DNA of 64,000 nt from assembly GCA_964016885.1 (NCBI GenBank), contig OZ024742.1:368218001-368282000 (forward strand), read 5' to 3'. This DNA is from Eledone cirrhosa. Lineage: Eukaryota. A program made the translations under genes and the position numbers. The notes below the pieces were generated by a model, which worked only from the letters and a program-made list of their open reading frames with translations, was not told the origin of the DNA and did no database searches. Shown here one piece after another: positions 30,926 through 41,700 of this stretch (within the stretch, counting starts at the first letter, position 1; each line of letters starts with the position of its first letter).

Positions 30926-32754
30926 TTTTGGTGTTGAAAGTGAAGAAAGAAAAGCACCTACCTCTCCGGGTTGTGTAATTTCCATGGCATCAGGTGTGTT
31001 GGGTGGAGGGATGTTTTGTGGTGGTGTGGGGGTACCCGTGTGTGGTGGGGTTGGGGTATTTGGAGTTGTGCCAGGGAGAGGGGCGGTTATGGGGAAATCT
31101 TTCAAGAGGACGCGATTTAACGGTTTTAAACAGGGGGGGGGGGGCTCACGTCCCGTCTAAATTGTTCTTTTAAGGAACGATAAAGGTCCAGAGGGACCTT
31201 TATCATTTTTAAATGGGTGAAGTTCTCTGTTGAGAAAAAGTTTGGCCCTTCGGTCTGCACCATAGGGTTATTGTTTATTAATTTAACCAGTTTTTTGTTT
31301 TCTTTATTTATATATGTGTATTGCAACGTCTTTTTTTGTGATGCTGTCAATGTTTCGGAGAGGGGAGGCGCAGATTTATTTTTGTTTGTTGAGGGTGGGG
31401 TGTTTTTGATTGGAGTTGGTGTTTGTGTGTGGGTTATTTGTGGTGTGCTGGGTGTGTGTTTTCTTTTTTTTTTTTTAACTTGTCTGAAGGCTTCTCCTTC
31501 TTCTTCAGAAGTTGGGGGAAACTCTTCAGCGCTAGGTGGGAGGGACGTGTTGTGTGGTTGTTTTTTTTGCGGGAGGGGTAGATTTGTTACTGTTTTTTTA
31601 TTATTTGTTTGGAATGGGTTTTGTGGTGGTGATGGTAATGTTTGTGTCGTGCTTGTGGTTGGTGATGGTGGTGGTGATGTTTGTGTTGTGGTTGGTGGTG
31701 GTGATTTTTGTGTCGTGCTTGTGTTTGGTGCTGGTGGTGGTGATGTTTGTGTTGTGTTTGTGGTTGGTGGTGTCTGTATTTTGTTTGCTGTGTGTGGTAT
31801 TAGTGTATTTTTGGAGGTGGGTGGTGTTGGTGTACTGTTTTTGGTGGGTGTGGGCAATAGTCCTTTTTGGGGGATACGTTTCGGGCAGTTAGCCTTAACG
31901 TGTCCCCTTTCCATGCATAAATAGCATGCTGGTCTTCTCCCCTCTACAATTATGTCTATTGGGGTAAGGTCATCCAGCCAGATGCGATCCGGGATTTGTG
32001 CTATTCTTTCGGGCCTCATTTGGACTAGTATGTCGAGGCCCATTCCCAGGAACGCATCTCCAGTTGCCTGCCCCATTGACAGCATTGTGTCTTCGCCCAT
32101 GTCTATGAAGCCAGCAATAGCCCACCAGAAGTCCATTGTGGGCAGCATTGTTTTTACTTTTACTCTCTGTGTTCTTCTACCCATGTAGGAGGGATAGAAG
32201 CTGTATGTTGTCGATGAGAGTGGGCTTAGGGAAAGCTTCTCCGCCGTTTCCTTGTCTTTTGTTAGGACCGAAATGCTGCCATAGAGTCGGTCCTTTCGTA
32301 TGAAGAGAATATTCTTCATATAGTCTTTTAGGACCAACTCTATTTCCATTTGGCTGGGCTGTGCTGGCTGTCTTGTCTGGTTCAGTATAGTTCTGAAGAG
32401 AACTGTGCTCTCTGTTCTGGCTTTCTTGAATTCTGGGGGTGAGTTAATGGAAAACATTCCGTTCTCCCCCAAGACTATTTGTTTTTTTGCTTCGGCCAGT
32501 TTTTCTCTGGCGGCAGTTAAGTCAATTGGTGTGTATATTATGGATTGTTTTGTTTTCTGGGCGAAAGTTGCCCTGTTGTTATTTGTATTATTTTCTGTTT
32601 GTTTGTTTTCCGTTTGCTCATTTTCCTTAACATTTGTTTTTTCATTTTCCTTGTTTGTTTCGTTGTCTAATTTTGTTGTAATTATTTTTTGTTCTTCAGA
32701 CTTGGGGGGCGTGGCAGAGCTAATGGCAGACATGTCTGCCATCTTTTCCGCCAT
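30923..32754 (-). pseudogene. ORF1 of copy C (gag-like, CX2CX4HX4C; frameshift at G-run ~31135)
   Basis: CYLCMERGHVKANC. Homologous to copy D ORF1, and the C-terminus continues in ORF 30923-31105. Confidence 0.85.
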
Positions 32755-33226
32755 GCTGCCAAGAAAGAAATTTTTCGGCAAAAAAATAGATATTTATTTT
32801 ACCCCCTAAAAAGGGGGTAAATGCAAAAATGTTTCCCTAAATAACAGGGGTTAGTGTTCCAAATGTGTTGCACTGAAAAATTTATCCGGTACTTACTATA
32901 GTGAGGGTAAATCCTGATGGAATAACGGAGCCGATGTGAAGCGTGTCTTACTCTATCAAGATAGGTTTCTTTTATTTGCCACTAGGGCATCAAAAGTGGG
33001 ACAAGTACAAAGGGGGAGTTTACACAAAAAGGCGTCCTCAATAAGGAGGAGGCAATAACAAAATATAAAAATAAAATAAGATATAACAAAAAATAAAATT
33101 TTTAACAAAATCCTCAATAGAGAGGAGGCGCCTTGGGGGGTCGCACACACCCCCGAAAAAAGTGTGCAACCCTTCTCCTCAGGAGCACAGAGAAGGGGTG
33201 CTCCCTTGGTCTTTCATCTTCCTCAC

Positions 33227-36200
33227 CTATAGTCTGATGTAGAGTGAAGGCCCATTCACACGGGCCATTCTCGCCACTTTCACCCATCTTTCATAGAAAC
33301 GGCTGGGGTGCAGCACCTCTCTCTCCATCCTGATCCTTCTTCCGAAATGATAACGGAAGAAACGGACCAGTTGTTGGCCAGAGAGAAAGGTGCCTGACCT
33401 CAGTCCTTTCAGACGCGTCCACCATACAACCTCTTTCGCCATGGCTATTACGCACAGAAACACCGCCTCTGCTTCATCTTTGAAGGGGGGAGGCGGCTTG
33501 ATCATTACAATAGACTCGGTGGTCAACCGGATCGGTCCCACCCTTGACAGCAGTTGTTCGACATAGCCCCACAGATCGGCTACGCCCGAGCAGTGTACCA
33601 ATGCGTGTGCAACGGTTTCCTCGTCGCACACGCATCTGGGACAGATCTTTTTGGCGGGGTCCCTACCCGGGCGCCCGTGTCTGTAGAGCCTTTCTCGAAC
33701 GGGTAAAGCCCCTCGGTAGCACTGCCAGGCCAGGGACTTCTGGAAGTTGTCCATAGGTCCCGGGCTGAATGTCCTACCGAACAGGCTGGCCAGTTCGTCC
33801 TCCTCCATGTCTAGGGCTTCTCCGAGGGCGTCGTCGCACCTGCTGCGTACCAGCCCTCTATAGAATGTTGCGGTGGAGTCTCCACTGATAACCGGATCCG
33901 CCTGCCAGAGGGCGGTGAGCGCCTGGGCACACTCATTGTGCCAGGCGCCCAGTTTTCTCGGTCTTTGCTTGACCCAGGATTGCAGCTCGGTGAGTGAGAC
34001 GAGTCTGGGAAAGGTTCGTCTCACAAACGAGGCCCACACCGGTTGTCCGGTGAGGAATACGTAGAGGTGCCGTAGCCTTAATGCGTGTTTACGCATCATT
34101 AGCCACGGCATCCCCAGCCCTCCTTTCGAAGGGTGTTGACAGCAGATGGATCTCCTCACCATAGGAGCCCGCCTCTTCCAAAGGAATTGGAAGAGCGCGC
34201 GCTCCATCTTGGTGAGGGTTTCCCTTGGGCAGGGCACTACGGTCAGGCGGTAGTAGATGACGGACGCTATGTAGGTGTTCGCCACCTCCGCCCGACCTTT
34301 CAGGGATAGTTTGCAACTGGCCCACTTCTGGGTCAGTGCAAACACCCTGTTCGTAACCTCCGCCCAGTTTTTCTCCACCTGGAGGTCCGGTCCGAACCAG
34401 ACCCCGAGCAACTTCACCGGGCCCTCCGTCCAGCGTCCGACGACGCCATCGGAGGGCATCGGTCTGCCCCTCCACGTGCCGAGTTGCAAACCGATCGACT
34501 TGTCCCGGTTCAGCTTAGCCCCTGTGAAATTTTCGTACTCCTCCAGTAAGGTGCCGACCGCCTCGATTTCGGAGGCCGTCGACACCATTACTGTCACGTC
34601 ATCGGCGTAGGCCGACACCGCTTTCCGCAATCCCGGTTCCAAAGGGATGCCCTGCAACAACTCCAACTTCCGCAGTAGTGGCTCGAGAGTCAACACATAC
34701 AGAAGGGAGGAGAGAGGGCACCCTTGTCGGATGGACCGCGCGATTTTGAACGGCTCCGAGAGGTAGCCGTTCACCTTGACCCTAGAGCAGATGCGGCTGC
34801 TGTGCATAGCAGTGATCCAGCCCCTGAAAACGGGTCCGAAGCCTGCCGCCGCTAGCACCGCATCCAGGTAACCATGGTCGACCCTATCGAACGCCTTAGA
34901 TTGATCCAAGTTGATCAGAGCCCCACCAAAGCCGGGTTCGTTCCCAACCCTCTCTATGATGTATCGCATGAGGTGGAGGTTGTCATGGATGGACCTGGAC
35001 GGGATAGCGCATGTCTGCGCATCTCCCACCAGGTTGCCCACGATAAGCGCCAACCTCTTTGCTAGCACCTTGGCCAAAATCTGTAACTCTGTATTTAGCA
35101 GAGTTATGGGCCTGAAGTTACTTATTTCGTCCCCCTTGTTCTCGTCCTTCCTCACTAGCGTGACTACGCCCTTGGTCACAGTACAGGGAATTCTCCCGTT
35201 CTGTTGCCAGTTGCAGTAGACCGCCTCGAGGAGATCGGGGAACAAGTCCGGCATAGCTAGATATAATTCGTAAGGAAGACCATCGAGACCCGGGGATTTG
35301 CGTTTGCCGCATTGGCTCAGCACGTCCTCTATCTCAGCGGCCGAAATCGGCTCCTCGCAGGACTTCGCCTCCCTGTCCGAGAGGCGCGGCAGGCCGTCGA
35401 GGTATGGACCGAAGTCCACGTTCCCAACCGGCTCCCCGCCCTTCCCGAACAGTCGGGCAAAGTGCCTTTGAAAGGCGTCACACATCTGCTTAGGCTCAAG
35501 AATCGCCCGTCCATCCAGGTCTCGCAAAGACCGGATGGTGGATTTAGTTCCACTGTTGGCCTCTGTCACGCGGGCCCAGCTAACAGCTTTGGTCCCCTCG
35601 TTCCCTAGAGCACGTATTTTACTTCGGACAACGCAGCCTTCGTGCTTCGCGTCAAAAAACTGGCTCAAAGCCGTTCTCGACGCTAGCACTCTGGCCACGT
35701 CGCCGCTTCTAATTGCCTCTTCTACTCTATCTATTAGCTCCCTTTCCTTCCTATTCCTATCCGCAGCTAGAACCTTACTAAATTCTATCGAGACTACTCT
35801 AATCTCTCTCTTTAGAGATACCCACCACCTGCTGTTGACGATCGCTCCAGTCAACCGTTCCTTAACTAACGTACTAATCCGATTCCTGTAGGCTCTACTT
35901 GCCGGCAAGGACAAGTTGAGCTTCCAGTAACCGGGGCCCTGTCTATGAGTTCTGTCAAGGTTGACCATGCAGGTCACTAATTTGTGGTCTGAATAGCCAA
36001 CCATGCGCATTTTTGGACAACTTAAAAAGTCCTTATCCTTAATTCTAACTAAGAACCTATCTAGGTACGACCTAGATGATCCGCTACGATTTGCCCAAGT
36101 CCAGGTTGGCGCAGTCGGAAAATCTAGTCGATATCTATCGGCCAGGTCAAATCGACCGATTAACCCTTTGAGGCTATTACACCCCTCTCTATCGGGGCAG

Positions 36201-36664
36201 GCCCCTACGTAGTCCCAGCGTGCATCTAGGATACCATTCCAGTCCCCCACTAATAGCAAGGAGCGGGACGTCCCTAGAAAAGTCTCCAGACGATGGAAGA
36301 AGTCCGGCCGCATTGACCCGAAAGGGCCGTAGGCGGCTACCAACCTAAACGCTCCGCCTTTACTACTGCCAAGGTCCAGAACCACTAGTCGACCCTCCGG
36401 GTCCAAATGTACCATCTGTGTTGCGAGACCCAGATGTTTTTGCAGCAGAACGACAACTCCACCCCCACCTCCGGGCTGACAGAGAGATGCGTGCATCTCA
36501 AAGTCATCAAAGGTGGGGGCCAGCTGTCGCACGTTGCTGATCCGGGCCTCGCAAATAACCATCACATCTATACGTTGTGACCTGAGGTCATTTAGAAGCA
36601 TTGCTTGCTTCCAAGTTGAGCCCAGGCCACGCGCATTTAAACAGCCTACTCTTAGCATAGCCAT
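33227..36664 (-). CDS. ORF2 of copy D: AP-endonuclease + reverse transcriptase + C-terminal CCHC zinc finger (~1145 aa)
   Basis: ATG at 36664 (MAMLRVGCLNARGL). EN motifs GDWN, YLDRF and SDH; RT motifs LDQSKAFDRV, QGCPLS and YADD; zinc finger CPRCVCDEETVAHALVHC. Confidence 0.95.
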   Translation of the reverse strand: MAMLRVGCLNARGLGSTWKQAMLLNDLRSQRIDVMVICEARISNVRQLAPTFDDFEMHASLCQPGGGGGVVVLLQKHLGLATQMVHLDPEGRLVVLDLGSSKGGAFRLVAAYGPFGSMRPDFFHRLETFLGTSRSLLLVGDWNGILDARWDYVGACPDREGCNSLKGLIGRFDLADRYRLDFPTAPTWTWANRSGSSRSYLDRFLVRIKDKDFLSCPKMRMVGYSDHKLVTCMVNLDRTHRQGPGYWKLNLSLPASRAYRNRISTLVKERLTGAIVNSRWWVSLKREIRVVSIEFSKVLAADRNRKERELIDRVEEAIRSGDVARVLASRTALSQFFDAKHEGCVVRSKIRALGNEGTKAVSWARVTEANSGTKSTIRSLRDLDGRAILEPKQMCDAFQRHFARLFGKGGEPVGNVDFGPYLDGLPRLSDREAKSCEEPISAAEIEDVLSQCGKRKSPGLDGLPYELYLAMPDLFPDLLEAVYCNWQQNGRIPCTVTKGVVTLVRKDENKGDEISNFRPITLLNTELQILAKVLAKRLALIVGNLVGDAQTCAIPSRSIHDNLHLMRYIIERVGNEPGFGGALINLDQSKAFDRVDHGYLDAVLAAAGFGPVFRGWITAMHSSRICSRVKVNGYLSEPFKIARSIRQGCPLSSLLYVLTLEPLLRKLELLQGIPLEPGLRKAVSAYADDVTVMVSTASEIEAVGTLLEEYENFTGAKLNRDKSIGLQLGTWRGRPMPSDGVVGRWTEGPVKLLGVWFGPDLQVEKNWAEVTNRVFALTQKWASCKLSLKGRAEVANTYIASVIYYRLTVVPCPRETLTKMERALFQFLWKRRAPMVRRSICCQHPSKGGLGMPWLMMRKHALRLRHLYVFLTGQPVWASFVRRTFPRLVSLTELQSWVKQRPRKLGAWHNECAQALTALWQADPVISGDSTATFYRGLVRSRCDDALGEALDMEEDELASLFGRTFSPGPMDNFQKSLAWQCYRGALPVRERLYRHGRPGRDPAKKICPRCVCDEETVAHALVHCSGVADLWGYVEQLLSRVGPIRLTTESIVMIKPPPPFKDEAEAVFLCVIAMAKEVVWWTRLKGLRSGTFLSGQQLVRFFRYHFGRRIRMEREVLHPSRFYERWVKVARMARVNGPSLYIRL

Positions 36665-36688
36665 GTTGGTGGTGAAGAGAAAAGGCAC

Positions 36689-38479
36689 TTACCTCTCTGC
36701 GTCCCGGGTATCGGGCTGCACAATTTCCATTAGGGTGGGGGATGGGTTGTTGGGTGGGGTGGTGGTTTGTGGAAGTGTGGGGGCATCAGTGTGTTGTGTG
36801 GTTGGGGAGCTTGGAGTTGTGTGGGTGTTTGGGGAGGGGGTGGGATAGTTTTTTAGGAGGACGCGGTTAATGGGCCCGACGCAGGGGGGACCCACGTCCT
36901 CTTTAAAATTGTTTTTTAAAGTTTTATAGGTGTCCTGTGGGGCCTTAATCATTTTGAGGTGGGGGAAATCCCCTGCCTGGGTGAAGTTAGGCCCTTGTGT
37001 TTTTATTAGATTGTTGTTGTACACAATGTTTAACAGTTTTTTGTTTCTTGTATTTATGTATGTGTATGCATGTTTTTGTTTTTGTGTGGTGTTTTTTGTT
37101 TGCTGTTGTTGTGAGCTCTTTTGTGTTGGTGTCAGTGTTATGTTTTGGGGAGGGTTTTTTTTCATTTGTGTGTCTGAGGTGTGTTTTCTTTTTTTTCTTT
37201 TGATTGTGTGGAAGTGCTCCTCCTCGTCTGACGACGAACTAGGGTCATCTTCCGCGTTGGAGGGGAGGGGTATATTTTCGGGTTGTGTTTGCGGTACGGG
37301 TGTTTTGGAAATTGTTTTTGTTTTTTGAGTGGAGGGGATGGGTTGGACATTGTTTTGTTTTGGTTTGAGCTGTGGTGGTTGTTTTTGTAGTGGTAGTTGT
37401 GGTGATTGTGTTGGTTGTGCAGTTGTTGGTGGTGTAGGCAGGATTGGGGTTTTCTTATTAAGTTGGGGACAGACAGCCCTCAGGTGACCTCTGGTTCCGC
37501 AGAGGTAACACGAGGGCCGTCTACCCTCAACGGTAATGTTGATGAAGGTTAGATCATCCAGTATGACGCGTTCAGGGATCTGGGCGATCCTTTCGGGCCT
37601 CATTTGAACTACAAGTTCGAGGCTCGTTCCACTGAACGCGTCACCCGATGCCTTTCCCATGGACACCAGCATGTCATCCTCCAGGTCCAGAAAACCTGTC
37701 AAAACCCACCATATGTCCATAATCGGCAGGATGGTGTGGATTTTTATTTTTTGTGTTCTTCTACCCATGTACGTAGGGTAGAAGGTGTATGCGGTGGATG
37801 TGATTGGTTTGATGGACAGTTTCACTGCTGTGTCCCTGTCCTTCATGAGAATGGATAGACTCCCGTAGAGTCTATCCTTCTGAATGAAGGTGATGTCCTT
37901 CATGACGTCTTTTAAAACCAGCTCTATCTCGCTCTGTGATGGTTGAGCTGGTTTTTTACTTTTGTTCGAGATTGTCCTAAACATGACCGTGTTTAGGAGT
38001 CTCTGGCTTTTTAGTTCCGGGGGGGAATGGATTGTGAATGAACCATTTTCCCCGTACACTATATATTTTTTCGCATCCGCCAGTAGCTCCTTCGCTTTTG
38101 TTATATCTACTGGCAGATAGTCGAGGGTTTTCCTTGTCGTCTCGGCGAAGGAGAAATTTTGTTTGTTTGTGTTGTTGTTGTCGTTGGTGGTGTTGTTGTT
38201 ATCATTGTTGTTGTTGTCACCGTTATTGGTCTTGTTGTTGTTATTGTTATTGTTATTGGTGTTGTTTTCGTCCGTCGCATTGTTGTTGTTGTTGCTGTTG
38301 CTGCTGGTTCTTTGGGTTGTTGCCATGGCAACGTCAAGTTGTCGGTTAACAGGTGGAGAGAATTCTTCCTCTGGCTGACCTATCTTCTTGACCTCTGCTA
38401 CTGTGACAGTGGCAGGGGGAAGCTGTAAGTTCATCTTCCCCTTTCCTCCTTCGAATTTTGGTGAAGAAGCTTCGGCCAT
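36689..38479 (-). CDS. ORF1 of copy D: nucleic-acid-binding gag-like protein (596 aa)
   Basis: CYLCGTRGHLRAVC zinc knuckle, Asn-rich and Pro/Thr/Gln-rich low-complexity tracts, and a basic KRKKRK patch. Sits directly upstream of ORF2. Confidence 0.92.
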   Translation of the reverse strand: MAEASSPKFEGGKGKMNLQLPPATVTVAEVKKIGQPEEEFSPPVNRQLDVAMATTQRTSSNSNNNNNATDENNTNNNNNNNNKTNNGDNNNNDNNNTTNDNNNTNKQNFSFAETTRKTLDYLPVDITKAKELLADAKKYIVYGENGSFTIHSPPELKSQRLLNTVMFRTISNKSKKPAQPSQSEIELVLKDVMKDITFIQKDRLYGSLSILMKDRDTAVKLSIKPITSTAYTFYPTYMGRRTQKIKIHTILPIMDIWWVLTGFLDLEDDMLVSMGKASGDAFSGTSLELVVQMRPERIAQIPERVILDDLTFINITVEGRRPSCYLCGTRGHLRAVCPQLNKKTPILPTPPTTAQPTQSPQLPLQKQPPQLKPKQNNVQPIPSTQKTKTISKTPVPQTQPENIPLPSNAEDDPSSSSDEEEHFHTIKRKKRKHTSDTQMKKNPPQNITLTPTQKSSQQQQTKNTTQKQKHAYTYINTRNKKLLNIVYNNNLIKTQGPNFTQAGDFPHLKMIKAPQDTYKTLKNNFKEDVGPPCVGPINRVLLKNYPTPSPNTHTTPSSPTTQHTDAPTLPQTTTPPNNPSPTLMEIVQPDTRDAER

Positions 38480-38718
38480 TTAAAAAAATATTGACTTTTC
38501 AACAAGAAAAAACTTTTTTTAACTATTTCGCCTAAAGGCGTAGAATATTTTGAGAGACTGACCAGATCAAAGTTTGACCTGGCAGTCCCTCTACAAAATG
38601 GTACAAAAATTAAAGTTATCAGACAAGAATTTCTATAGAAATTTAAACAGAACTTACTCAGCAAGTTATACGCGTGTGTCCATCCCAAAATAGATGATAG
38701 ATAGATAGATAGATAGAT

Positions 38719-41700
38719 TTCTTTATTTGCTACAAGGGCGCACAAGAAAAGAGACAAATACAAAGACACATGCCTGGAATTTTACATACAGTCGTGTAAA
38801 AAAAAATATAAAACAAACAATTATAATAATCGAAATCCCCAATAGGGGGGCAACGCCACAAATGGGTTGTTTAATACCCCGTCGATAGAACAACCCTCAA
38901 CTTCAGGAGCGTGTTGTTCAAATGCTCTTTTCTTTCTTTTGCTCGCTTCTTTAACCTACAGGCTTATATACAGAGAAGGCCCAATCACTCGGGCCATTTT
39001 TGCCATATTCACCCACCTTTCAGTAAATTTACTGGGGTGCAGTGCCTCTCTCTCCACTCTGATTCTTCTTCGAAAGTGATACTTAAAGAAGGGAATCTAT
39101 TGTTGTCCGGAGAGAAAGGCATCTGTCCTCAGTCTTCTCAATCTCGTCCACCATATAACCTCTTTCACCATAGCCACCGTACAGAGGAAAACCGCCTCTC
39201 TTTCGTTTTTGAAAAAGGCTGGCGGTTTGATCGTTATTATGGACTTGGCAGTCAACTGGATGTGTCCCATACGCGACAGCAGTTGTTCTGCATAGTTCCA
39301 CAGGTCAGTTACGCCCGGGCAGTGTACAATTGCGTGCAGGACTGTTTCAATGTCCTGCGCGCATCTTGGACACGTCCTCTTGGAAGGATCCCTGCCGGGG
39401 CGTCCGTGCCTGTAGATCTTGTCACGAACCGGTAGAGCTCCTTGGTAGCACTGCCAGGCCAGGGACCTCTGGAAGTTGTCCATAGGTCCCGGGCTGAAGG
39501 TCCTACCAAACAGACTGGTGAGTTCATCGTCGTCGGCGCCCAGAGTCTCTCCGAGCACGTCGTCGCCCTTGTAACGTACAATCCCTCTATAGAATGTCGA
39601 AGTGGAGTTTCCAGAGGAGTGTGAGTGCCTGAGCGCATTCAATGTGCCAGGCGCCCATCGTTTTCGGTCTTTTCTTGACCCAGGACTGCAGCTACGTCAG
39701 CGAGACGAGTTGTGCCCACACCGGTTAGGGGTCGGTGAGGAATACCTGGAGATGCCGCAGCCTCAGCGCATGTTTGCGCATCATCAGCCACGGCATTCCC
39801 AGCCCTCCGCTGGAAGGGTGCTGTCAGCAGACGTGTCTCCTCACCAGCGGAGCCTGCTTCTTCCACAAAAACTGGAAGAGCATGCGTTCCATCTTGGCGA
39901 GATGTTCACGGGGACAAGGCACGACAGTCAAGCGGTAGTAGATGACGGACGCTATGAAAGTGTTCGCCACCTCCGCTCGACCTTTCAAGGAGAGTTTGCA
40001 CTCTGCCCACTTCTGGGTGAGTGCAAACACCTTGGCCGTCACCTCGTTCCAGTTTTTCTCCACCTGGAGGTCTGGACCGAACCAGACCGCGAGCAATTTC
40101 ACCAGTCCGTCCGTCCGTCCAGCGTCCAACGACGCTGTCGGACGTCATCGGTTTGCCTCTCCAGGTACCGAGTTGCAAACCGACAGACTTGTCTGGGTTT
40201 AGTTTTGCTCTCGTCAGCGTTTCGTATTCTTTCAGTAAGTTGCCGATCACCCCGATTTCCGAGGTGCTCGACACCATTACCGTCACGTCCTCGGCATAGG
40301 CCGACGCCGCTTTTTACAGTCCCGGTTCTAGAGGGATGTCCTGCAACAGCTCCAATTTCCGCAGTAGTGGCTCTAGAGTCAATACATACAGAATGGAGGA
40401 GAGAGAGGGCACCCCTGTCGAATGGAACGCGTGATTGCGAACGGCTCCGATAGGTAGCCGTTCACCTTGACTGCCGAGCAGATGCTGGTGTGCATCGCCT
40501 CGATCCAGCCTCTGAAAACGGGACCGAAATCGGCCGCCTTGAGAATTGCTTCCAAGTATCGATGGTCGACCCTATCGAATGCCTTAGACTGATCCAAATT
40601 GATCAGAGCCCCACCGAAGCCGGGTTTAATACCCACCCTTTCTATGATGTATCGCATGTGGTGGAGGTTGTCGTGTATGGACCTTGTCGGGATTGCACAC
40701 GTTTGCGCTTTCCCTACCAGGTTATCGACGTCAAGCGCCAACCTCGTCGCTAGCACCTTGACCAAAATCTTTTACTCTGTGTTGAGCAGGGTTATGGGCC
40801 TGAAGTTGTTAATTTCGTCCTCCTTGTTCTCGTCTTTCCTAATCAGCGTTACTACGCCCTTGCCTGCAGAACTAGGAATTCTCCCGTTCTGCTGCCAATT
40901 GCAGTAGACGGCTTCGAGGACGCCAGAGAACAAGTCCGGCATGCCTATGTAAAACTCATAGGATAGACCATCTAGACCGGGTGACTTGCATTTCCCGCAG
41001 CGGCCCAGAGCGCCCCGTATCTCACTGTCCGTGATCGGTCTTTCGCAGAACTCGGCGTCCGTGTTCGAGAGACGCGGCAGGCCGTCGAGGTATGAACTAA
41101 AGTCCATTGCCCGGTTCGGCTCACCGTCGTTCTGCTCAAACAGTCGCGCAAAGTGCTGCTGAAAGGCTGCGCACATTTGCTTGGGGTCAAGTAGCACGCG
41201 TCCGTTTTGGTCTTTCATAGACCGAATCGTGGACTTGTTGCCACTTTTTGCCTCCGCCACTCGGGCCCAGCTGACAGCTTTCGCTCCTTCGTTTCCTAGA
41301 GCACGTGTTTTGCTTCTGACCATGCAGCCTTCGTGATTCGCATCGAAGAACTGGTCCAGTGCCGTTCTCGACGCTAACACTCTAGCCGCGTTGCCACTTC
41401 TAAGTGCCTCCTCTGCCTTGGCTACTAGTTCTCTTTCTATTTTGTTTTTCTCTAAGGCTAACTCTCTGCTAAACCCTATCGATTCTATTCTAATTGCATT
41501 CTTGAGAGAGTACCACCATTTATTGTTGACGATGGTTCCCGTTAGCTGTTGCTTGACTAGTCTACTTATCCGTTCAATGTAAGCTTTACGTGCCTGCAAC
41601 GACACGTTCAGCTTCCAGTATCCGGGTCCTTGTCTTGTATTCTATCACGGTTGACTAAGCAGACGACTAATTTGTGATCTGAATAGGCAACCAAATGCAT

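Larger units (their letters stand above)
27256..32955 (-). mobile_element. Tx1-clade copy C, full length (ORF1+ORF2, two homopolymer frameshifts)
   Basis: 5' UTR, ORF1 with CCHC knuckle, ORF2 APE-RT-zf, and 3' UTR 27256-27486. Confidence 0.93.
32965..38689 (-). mobile_element. Tx1-clade copy D, full length and intact
   Basis: Two uninterrupted ORFs, 5' and 3' UTRs, and GATA tracts on both sides (minimal at ~32960-32964; 38690-38718). Confidence 0.95.

Noticed and set aside
36665-36691. Stop-codon readthrough fusing ORF1 and ORF2 (in frame in copy D)
   Set aside because: Frame is not conserved: copy E has a 41-nt spacer and ORF2 has its own ATG. The splice-donor reading explains the conserved bases better.
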